From: Entomortierella parvispora E1425
Lineage: Eukaryota > Fungi > Mortierellomycota
DNA length: 64,000 nt
Reading direction: 5' to 3'
Assembly (NCBI GenBank): GCA_020891255.1
Contig: BQFW01000002.1
Span: 1,364,001 to 1,428,000 of the forward strand
Below the pieces are notes generated by a model. It was not told the origin of the DNA, ran no database searches, and was given only the letters and a program-made list of their open reading frames with translations. Positions 1 through 9,190 of this stretch are shown in pieces. The number at the start of each line of letters is the position of its first letter. Position 1 is the stretch's first letter. The translations under genes were made by a program, and so were the position numbers.

Positions 1-1120
1 GCCGTGCCAAATGAACGCCAGAACCACCCTGCTATTGTAGTTTTTCCAGGAGATTTGAATCCACGATCGTTTAGAAAGATCGACTTGATTAATTGGTCTT
101 AAGGATGTCCCGGATACTGGGTCCATCTCTCCACGCAACTCCGGCCATGGCTTACAGCAGCACTGACCGAGGTCATTGGAGGCCAATGCTCTCTGCTTGC
201 TCGCCGTTATCTTTTATATAAGCCGAGACCACTAGAGATGAGCAAGTTTGTGAGTGGGACAGACATGCGAAAGTGGATTGAGACACTAATAATTAACGGC
301 AGAAAACAGGTGTTCGGTTTCTTGCTGCACGGAATCTCCATAGTGCTGCAATCCGACAGTGGCAAAGGGATCTCCGCCAAGGCCGGCGTTCATGTTGGGG
401 AAAGGAGTGGGCGTACAAGCTAGAGGACATGGACAATAAATAGACATAAGACTATGTCGTAGGGATACAAAGAGGCAGAGACTCGTACCGTTGAGGTAGG
501 AGATTGACTGCAGACACACTTGCATCCATCTAAAAACACTCGACCCAAGTACAAGGTCCAGACTCGGCAGATCCTTTCCGCCTTCCAATCAATCGGATGG
601 ACGAGATGGAGTGTGCTTTTGGGCTTGGACAAGGCGCCGCCCTGGCGGATGCCAGTGGACGACTTGGAAAGTCGGCCATGGGCCAACCACAAGAGAAAGA
701 AAACGAGGGACAGAGAGAGAGAGAGAGATTGAAGGATAGGGGCCTCTCCGGCAGAAAAGCAGCAGCGGCAGATCCTCAAAGATGCTCACTTTTCTGATAA
801 AAATAATTGTCCTTGTTTCTCGTCGTTCGATCGACTTCATTTTTTTCTTCTTTTTAGGTCTTGTTCTGTGACCATGTTGTGGATACCGAGAATTAACGTT
901 TTCTTTCTTTTTCTTTCACAGCTGCTCTCAAAGGTCAATAGGCTAACGAAGAAAGTCTTTTCCCTCCTTCTCTTCACGGCTGTTGTTGCCCTGACACGCT
1001 CAAATGGCCAGCGCCCAACACTAAAGTACTGTAATTTTTACTCGGAGGCACCTGTTGCAGGAGGAATGAATACCCATTCCTCAAGGTTGTCAGTCAATCA
1101 AGAAGAACCTGTCATGTTTG

Positions 1121-1127
1121 TATAAAA
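1121..1127 (+). promoter_or_regulatory. Putative TATA box of the secreted His-brace gene
   Basis: TATAAAA about 190 bp upstream of ATG 1318, followed by a pyrimidine-rich leader. Confidence 0.5.
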
Positions 1128-1317
1128 GCTGGCAATGTCGCCAGGCACGCGCGTCTTTCTTTTCTTTTTTCCCCTTGTCAATCCCCCTTCCCCCACACTT
1201 TACCCCTCACGCTACTCGTCTTAGCATACCCACCTCCTCTCACCTCGCCTTCATATCTCACGACCTCCCTCTCATCCCCTCCTCTGCCACCTACCCAAAA
1301 CTCGCGCACAACTCATC

Positions 1318-2034
1318 ATGGTTCTCAAGTCCACCTTCACTTTTATCGCTGTGGCCGCTTTGGCCATCTTCACCGCTGCCCCCCAGCAGGCGGATGCTCA
1401 CTCTTGGGCTGACTGCATTGACTGGAAGTTCAAAAACTCCAAGAACGGCGTTGCTGGCAAGCAGGGCCAGGACTGGAGTGACAATCAGGGCAAGTGCCAG
1501 GGTTACGCTCGTCGTTACCCCTTGAACAAGGCCTTTGGCTCCTTGGACTCTGCCTACCCCAGCCGTCATTACCAGCAGGTCAACAAGAACCCCGACAGCG
1601 CCCTCCCTTGCTCCAACCGCAAGGCCGGTAAGGAGCCCGGTTCGGACGAGACCCGTGCCAACCCCGTCTCCAAGGCCTATGGTGGCAAGTTTGGTCGCAT
1701 GACCGTCACCACCGTCGGTGACACCCTCTGCGTTCGCTGGCCCGCCAAGAACCACGCGGCCAAGAACGAGAAGAACCTCCCTGTTTACATCAACCTGTCC
1801 AAGGTCCGCAACGGCAAGGACATTAGCCAGAAGGAGTTGCTCAAGAACAACATTGCCAAGCTTCCTTACAAGAACTGCCGTCCCGGAAAGAACGAGGACC
1901 GTCGTGCCTGCGGTGGATGCTTCAAGGTCCCCGTCCGTGCCGCCGGTGTCTACTTGCTTCAGTGGCGCTGGATGTTGAACAAGAACGAGTGGTACACTTC
2001 TTGCGCTGATATTCAGATTGGAAAGAAGAAGTAA
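1318..2034 (+). CDS. Secreted 238-aa LPMO-like (histidine-brace) protein, single exon
   Basis: Signal peptide ends A-D-A|H28. Second His in WPAKNH146A. C-terminal LQWRW...EWY226TSCADIQI. Eight Cys. Strong C-ending codon bias. Confidence 0.85.
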   Translation: MVLKSTFTFIAVAALAIFTAAPQQADAHSWADCIDWKFKNSKNGVAGKQGQDWSDNQGKCQGYARRYPLNKAFGSLDSAYPSRHYQQVNKNPDSALPCSNRKAGKEPGSDETRANPVSKAYGGKFGRMTVTTVGDTLCVRWPAKNHAAKNEKNLPVYINLSKVRNGKDISQKELLKNNIAKLPYKNCRPGKNEDRRACGGCFKVPVRAAGVYLLQWRWMLNKNEWYTSCADIQIGKKK

Positions 2035-2644
2035 AGAGCTTCGCTACCCTTTCTTTTTCTCAATCGAAAAAAAAAAAAAACTGAAAAAAAAGGACCATGC
2101 AGGAGAATTTAGGTCTACTATAGTGTTATAGTGTATTAGATTCTCGCTTGTTTCTGTTCCTTGCATCGCCTTTTTTTCCTGTTCTCTTTCGTCAATAACA
2201 TCCATCCCTCCTACTGTCCTGCGATTGCTGGTTCAAAAGCGGACTTTGGCGGTTTGAAAAAAAAAAAAGAGAAAAAGTCTTTAAATATCGGTGCTAATGA
2301 CAACATACGACATGCGATCGACCTTTATTTGCGGAATGAATGTCTGACAACTCTATCATGATCAATCATGGCGTGTTCTGGAGGCAAAGACCTTTTTGAT
2401 GGCAAAGACCTTTTTTATAGCGAAGAAAGTTTGGGTCTGCGAGAGCCACATTGATCTCCCAGAGTCTTTGATAACACTCCACACCTACTCTACGCCCACG
2501 GTTCCTTGCGCCACAATGACTGCAAGACTGGTTCCTTACGCCATTGCATGTCATCCTTGTCTTTATTACTGAAACTTTTTGGTATAATTGCCGCGGTGAA
2601 AGAGATTGGGCAATGGAAGTCGAAAGAAAGACATGTTAAAAAGA

Positions 2645-3811
2645 TTAGTGACGGGAAGATGAGGCCGCCCGTAGCAAAAGATCTTTGTAATGTGCTTGGA
2701 CACTGTCCAGGTGCGTTTCCAGATAATCGACCATTTCTATCGAGGTCGGTCAAAAGACAAGAGTTGTGTTAGGCCAACAATACTGGTATCACATAACAGA
2801 GCATGAAAATAAAAAATAAATACCTTGCTTTGACATCTCTTGGTCAACTATCAGCATGCCTTTTGCTGAGGGCTCATTTGGGCCCTGGGATGTAGATCGT
2901 GCAAGTACTTCTTTCCGCTCATGGGCAGTAGCTAAGACCATAACGGGTACCTTCCGCCACCAGTGGCCAAGTCGGAATGGCTTTTGGCTCTCTCCCAAAT
3001 CTTCCTCCTGCCAATGGATCCACCTCCGCACGAGTTTGCTTAGCTTGGCCTTTGACATGTCAGGACTCTTGAACAGCAAAGGGTTCGACCGAATCATTGA
3101 TTGAGCATCCAGCACTGGCACAGAACCTGCCATTTTCCCAAGATTCGCCTGCGTAGAGATATCATCCAAAGTCGATCGCGCCCCGACATGTCCAGCCGAT
3201 CCCGAGAATGAGTTTTGGAGCTCCTCCTGGAAGATTTCTCCGAGTGGTTTCTGAGGTACGCGTCCCCTTGCGTGGCTCTTTTTCGTTGCTTCCTTGGATT
3301 CCTGTACAAGTCGATCAATCTCTTCCTGATCCGAGCCTTTGATGGGCACGCCTACTTTTTGGCAGAGTCCTAGAAATGATTGGACCATCTCCCAGGACTT
3401 TAGTTCGCGCTCCAGAGCTTCGGCCTTTACATTCCCGCTAGACTCCTGGTCAGTTGATATCTTGGTGTTGATCAGGGGCAATGTGTGCTCGACGGCCACA
3501 AGTTCGGCGGACGTTGATTTTGATGAGTCGGTGGCGGAAGGAGCCATCTTCTCCCTGTAGTAAAATAGGAGCTTCGCTGTGTTCGAGTCTGCTTTTGATG
3601 TAGAAGGACGAGCAGGGTTCAAAGACGGGTCCTTGACGGCATGGACGAGCGGCAGCAGGTCCTGTAGAGAGTTGCTGTTCTGGAGCTGCTCCTTTGGGTG
3701 GTGCTGGAACAGATCGGGATGGACCCTGCGAAGGAATAGCTTGAGGTATTGCTGCAGATACACCTGGCGGATCTCTCCGGCCGATTGCTTGAGCAGCTGA
3801 GGTGCACGCAT
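2645..3811 (-). CDS. DUF4460 (TCAIM-like, J-domain-related N-terminus) mitochondrial-type protein; exons about 3811-2823 and 2736-2645
   Basis: N-terminal LKLFLRRVHPDLFQHHPKEQLQNSNSLQDL motif. GT-AG intron gives C-terminus MSKQ|EMVDYLETHLDSVQAHYKDLLLRAASSSRH*. Confidence 0.7.
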
Positions 3812-3847
3812 GGTCCGATGAATGTCACTGTGAGAATGAACAAAGTG

Positions 3848-3931
3848 GAATGAATGAATGAATGAATGAATGAATGAATGAATGAATGAATGAATGAATG
3901 AATGAATGAATGAATGAATGAATGAATGAAT
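3848..3931. repeat. (GAAT)21 perfect microsatellite
   Basis: 84 bp of uninterrupted GAAT, about 36 bp upstream of the DUF4460 start codon. Confidence 0.95.
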
Positions 3932-4233
3932 TCAAAGAAAAAAGAAACGGAAATGAGTTTGGTGGCAACTCGCAGCACGTGCGATCGGGATCCTTCCAGT
4001 GCGCTTTTCTTTTTTTTTTTCTTTTTTTTCTTTTTCGGCTTTGCCCATTGCTGCATGCATGCATGTCGCTTTTTTTATTCTTCATTCCTTTCTTTCTTGC
4101 TTCTTGCTACCTGCTATCTGCTACTTCGCACCTCACCTTCCCGTCTACTGGACCTGAAACGCAACACGCGCGGATAGATACCCCCAGACTAGCCCACAAG
4201 GGACCCCCAAACGGAACTCCACCCGCACCCCAA

Positions 4234-4548
4234 ATGCTCGGTCTCCTCGGACTTGGAACCGGCAAAGGCACTTCGACTCCCTTCTTTGACCTCTTCAGGT
4301 TCACGACAAAGGCCACTGAGCGCTTTTCTTTCCAGTCGCTGTTCCTGACCCTCGCCAAAGTCCTACCTCGACCTTCGACTGTCATTGTCATTGCCGTCCT
4401 CGCCTTTATCGTCTTTGACTTTGATTTCGAGGTCGTGTGGGAAGACGGTGAAGACGACAACGACAACGACCGCGATCAACTAGACCCAGGCGACTTTGCT
4501 GGCACAGACCATCTAGAGTTTGAACCGCAGTGGGATTATCGTGTATAA
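4234..4548 (+). CDS. Possible 104-aa single-pass membrane microprotein with acidic tail
   Basis: ATG 4234; hydrophobic TVIVIAVLAFIVFDFDFEVVW followed by EDGEDDNDNDRD. No homology recognised. Confidence 0.3.
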   Translation: MLGLLGLGTGKGTSTPFFDLFRFTTKATERFSFQSLFLTLAKVLPRPSTVIVIAVLAFIVFDFDFEVVWEDGEDDNDNDRDQLDPGDFAGTDHLEFEPQWDYRV

Positions 4549-4600
4549 CCCTTTGGAGACGACCTGGCCCTTCATGAATCCTCATACCCACAGAAACGAC

Positions 4601-7408
4601 ATGGCGGGCTCGCGTAAAATCTGGAGCAATGCCGTCAACACGCTGCTGAGCGGAATGGGTAAGAATGACTGACCGCTATCCGAGCGTCATGAAAAGCGCA
4701 GCCTTCCACTCACTAACATTCATCATTGTATTTTCAGAGAGCATCCTGTTGGATGAAGATCTTCAACCTCTTTGGACTCGTGAACATCAACGGGACGACC
4801 CCAAAAAGAAAAGTAAGGCAAAGCTGCGATCGATGTCTAACCATCAGTGATTGACGAACTTGAGAAATTAACCTGTCTGCGCTTTGCCACCATAGGTTTT
4901 TTGCCGACAACGCCAACGCTTCCCAACAGCCACGACCCAACCGTCTCATCACCTCTGAAACGGAAAAACGACCCGCTTCCTGCTTCGGACCGAAATATGA
5001 AATCTCAACGTATAGCGGACCATTTGTCGGCGAAACTCGCAACGACACTTCGAGTTAGTCCCTTGGCCAACAGTACTCGTAGCTCGTCCACAAAACATCA
5101 AACAGGCATGGAAAAGGTGCGAGGTTTCCATCGTGTTCAGCCGCTGCAGGACTCTAAGCACCCCAGTCGACCCGACCACACGGCTCTTGGACCTGTATTT
5201 GGTGGTATTTCGGAGCCAAGAAAGTACAAAAAGGCCGTCGGGAATCGATCCAACCCTACCACCCCAGTCAGTAGTCATCCACCCAGCCCTGGACACCATG
5301 GAGATGACCAAAGCTCCCCAGCGGGATCAAGCTTGGCGTTTGAATCTTTCACCAAAACCAGCGCTTCAGGGATCTTCTTGAACCCTCTCAATCCCTCAAA
5401 ACCCAACAGTCTGTTCATGAGACGAGAGAGCCGATCTAGCCAACGGTTGGCCAAGACACCCTCAAGTCACCATCTGGCCATGGCCACAAGACTGGCCCTC
5501 TTTCACAGGATCCATGCCACTACAAAACTTGCATCAGCGCAGACAAAAGACATGGATACTTGGATCATGGAACAGATGACAAGCCGTGGATTTTCAGATC
5601 GAGGCTCGTTTGAGGTAGAGCTGACAGCGCACGCTCAGATGGTCGCACAGTCATTGACATCCTTGGGAGAGGGACTTTCACAGACAATGCAACAGTCAAA
5701 GACAGCTCATCATTCTATGAGTGCGGAACAGGAATACACAATGTACACCGCCATCCAAACCACAGTGGACACTATGCTCGAAAACTCTCAATGGCTTTGT
5801 GGTCCCGAGTTTGCGATGGGGATCAACCGAATGGTCCCACCATGGTCGATGCACGAGGGTTCGATTGAGCAAATTGTTCATTACGTACAGGTAGTGGAGA
5901 GTATGCGCGAGACCCTCTCTGGTCAATTCCAACACCCTCAGGATTTGGCAGAGGATCTGATGAGATCACAAGAAGTTTTGGATTATCAACGGACGCTGTT
6001 TGGCGAGACACTACGGAACAATGGATTGGCATGGAAAGCGTTGGGACTGCCAGCGATGGAGGGTCTCATTCAGGGAACGCAAGAGTGGGTCCTGAACCTT
6101 GCCAAGACTCTGACCATCAAAATCCGCGCCGAGGTCAATTTGGCACTGGAAAGTATTCATCACTCCAACACCGCTGGCGGAATGGAAGAAGACGAGGAGC
6201 CTCATATGCGACACGCAATGAAGGATGTCATGGAGCTGGTACTTCAAGGCGCCCTCTTGTCCGCGTCCTGTTTGGAGCTTGTGGGCAAGCAATGCCCGAT
6301 GTTGGTAACAGCATGGATGGAGTTGACCAGCCAAAACTGTACATATTCGCTTGGAAAGATGAACGAACTAGTTCTCCGATCAGCTACGAAAAGCGCAGCT
6401 CTAGGCGCAATGGAGATTTTTAGATCGATACATCTCTCAAATTCTCAGCCATCTTCACGGCATCCTTCCACATCGACAGGAAAATCACGGGGTGTATATG
6501 TCAAGACGATGGAGATATTCGAGAGCATGCCTCGTCTTCTACAATGCGTTTCAGAGATGCGGGAGGAAGAAGAATTGGATGGTGGCGCTTTAGAATCTTT
6601 GGGTGATGGCTATGGTGGAGGACCAGACGAGGAGGACATGTTTCCAGGTATCAGTGCAACGTCAAGTGATCAGGACGATAATATGGACCTTGCCTCGTCG
6701 TCCTCTTCAACGTCCTTGGGAACGTCTTATTCTGTCCAGGGTCATCCTCTCACCCACCCGGACCATACGCAGCAACATCGGTCCACCCGTCCTCCCATGC
6801 AGTATGTGCAAAGGCGACTCCCAGTTGATCCACTGCTGGTTCAGAGATGGATCGCCATGGAGTCTCTGGCGTCAGTGCTTGTGGAGACCGGATTGGAACT
6901 TTGCAGCTCCTTGGCAGAAATCCTAGGTGCTGGATACAATCCGTCGTCCTCGACCTTCAATCCAGCTTTGGCACAACCATTTCGACCTGACTCTTCTGGT
7001 ACAGTGGATCACCCTATGGAGCACACTCAGGATGATCGACAGCTCCACCATCAACCTCATCCCTTCGCAGACATGTCTGCCTCTGCTCGTGCTCGCGCTG
7101 CTATTGCCTCCTTGACCAGCATTGCAGGCGGTGGGGCCATGGTCTCGGGTACGGGTGGCGTAGGCCTGATCTATGTCCAGTCTGTGGTCCGACTTTTGAG
7201 CAAGATTATCGAATTCTCTGGGCAGGATTCCCAACAAGAACAACGCCTTTTGGTATGGAAATGACCTTGACATATTTCTGTGAAGTGCAAGATTATAACG
7301 GTGGCTGCCAGCCACATAACGAACATGATATTAACTTTGATAATTATTCCTTTTTTCTAGAGAGTACATTCCAGCCTTCAAAACCTGGAGGCAGTCATGT
7401 CAGTATAG
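4601..7408 (+). CDS. Large hypothetical protein (about 850 aa), helical core with Ser-rich linkers; exons about 4601-4658, 4738-4813, 4848-7252, 7361-7408
   Basis: 805-aa ORF. Upstream and downstream GT-AG introns splice in frame (MAGSRKIWSNAVNTLLSGM...; ...RLL|RVHSSLQNLEAVMSV*). Confidence 0.7.
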
Positions 7409-7607
7409 AAAACCAATCCTCAAAAAGCCATAAAGTCAACTTTTTTTTCCTTTTTCTGCACTCTTTTTTAATCATTAAATTACTCGAACGAAAAAAAAAA
7501 TGTTGAGGTCAAAAAAAAGAAACGACAAAACATAGCTAAATGTCTTTCAAGAAAAGAGTTGGAACGGGGTCCAAGAAGGGGGGGAATGTGGGGGAAAGAC
7601 GATGCAT

Positions 7608-8210
7608 TTAAGCAGTCTCGCCCTCCTTCTTGAAGACGTAGGTCAGTCCGCAGCGTCCGCAGTACTGACGGTCGTGGTGCCAGGCCATGAAGACACCGGC
7701 GCCGCAGGTCTCGGAGGGGCACTCACGACGGAGACGGGTGATCTTGCCGTTACCATCGACCTGGTAGAACTTGAGGACGGCCAACTTGACCTTTCTCTTC
7801 TTGTGCTTGATCTTCTTGGGGGTGGTGTAGGTCTTCTTCTTACGCTTCTTTCCTCCTCCCAAAAGATCAACGTTCATGTCCAAGGTGGCCATGGCGGGGA
7901 TGGTGGCCAAAAGAGTCTCAGAGGAGAGAGTCTTTCCGTTGAAGGAGAGGCGCTGGGCAGCAGCGGCAACACCTGAAGATGTCAAAAAAAAAAAAAAAAA
8001 AAAAGGATATGTTGAGTCAGCTTGTCCCTGAAAAAAAAATAGAATCTCTACCCCAACGGTCTTGTCTCCGTAGAAGAGAGAGAAAAAAAAGGAAAGGCAC
8101 ACGTTACCCTCACGCTCCTGGATCATGGACTTGACATTGCTGATGCTGTCGCCGGCCTGGACGTTGACGGTCAAGGTCTTGCCGGTAAGGGACTTCACGA
8201 AGAACTGCAT
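7608..8210 (-). CDS. RPS31: Ubiquitin-like/40S ribosomal protein eS31 (S27a) fusion; exons 8210-8108 and 7972-7608
   Basis: [18 protein letters not shown]...[19 protein letters not shown] zinc-finger eS31, preceded by a 74-aa UBL ending LLGG. Confidence 0.95.
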   Translation of the reverse strand: MQFFVKSLTGKTLTVNVQAGDSISNVKSMIQEREGNVCLSFFFSLFYGDKTVGVEILFFFQGQADSTYPFFFFFFLTSSGVAAAAQRLSFNGKTLSSETLLATIPAMATLDMNVDLLGGGKKRKKKTYTTPKKIKHKKRKVKLAVLKFYQVDGNGKITRLRRECPSETCGAGVFMAWHHDRQYCGRCGLTYVFKKEGETA

Positions 8211-9190
8211 GGTTGGATGGAACTTTTCAAAGTAACTAGATTGTTTTTCTCGGTTTGAAAAGGAATCTATTGCGCAGAAAAGAAACAATTTCTTTTGTTT
8301 TAGTCATTGATGAATCATAACAGACATCTTCATGCCTTCTCTAGAGCGCATTGACCCCTGCGTGGATCAAGGCATCCTGCTGGCACGCACCTTCCTCACT
8401 ACTTGAAAAGAATTGGGGAAATGGAGAGAAGGATCCATAAATGCATGCAGCATGGCGCTATATAAACAGCCGAGAATTTTTCGGTGGCTTGGTTCATCAC
8501 GTGACTGGTCTTGAGGATGGAGGATGGCCCGTGCACTTGGATCCCTCTTGCCAAAGGTACAGTACCCTGTTCCTTGTGCGAGGCTATGTGGACCTTGATC
8601 TAGCTCGATGCTGATTAGGATCACTAATGAGGTACAAACCAGGATTAATTGTCAGAATCTTGAAGGAAAAGGGACACTTATATTAGGCACTAGAGGCCAG
8701 CTCGACTTTGACGATCTTGGGTCTGGCGGCGCACCGCACAGGGACGAGAGGAACCCTGCAACTGTCCGAGGCGTTCAGGGTCAATTCAGGTCTAAAGGTC
8801 CTGGGGCACTTTCACTCAAAGTAGATTGGAGACAAAAAGATTCAAAAAGCTCTTCTAGTTACCAAAGACCTATTTGCCTCGGATCATCTTAACTCAAGGA
8901 CTAAGGTACTGGAAGTGGTCTGGCACTTCCTACTCAATGCTGATACTGTTCTGACTGTTCATCCTGATCAACAGGAAGGTGCCATCTGCGGACCAAACAC
9001 CTGACAAAAAAAAAAAAAGAAAAAAAAAGATAACGACGGAACCCCTTAAACGAAAAAAGAAAGAAAAAAAAGGAAACGAACGCGCCTTGCACATGCGTGC
9101 AGCACATATGTAGCACGTCGCGTTCCATTCACTCTCCCTCTTTCTTTTGTTTCTCTTCACCCCATTGCAATTGCTCCACCTTCAAGCACC

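Noticed and set aside
286-840. Several overlapping short ORFs and a possible GT-AG intron on the minus strand
   Set aside because: No splice or frame combination gives a recognisable protein. Likely promoter DNA (minus-strand TATATAAAAG near 212-221).
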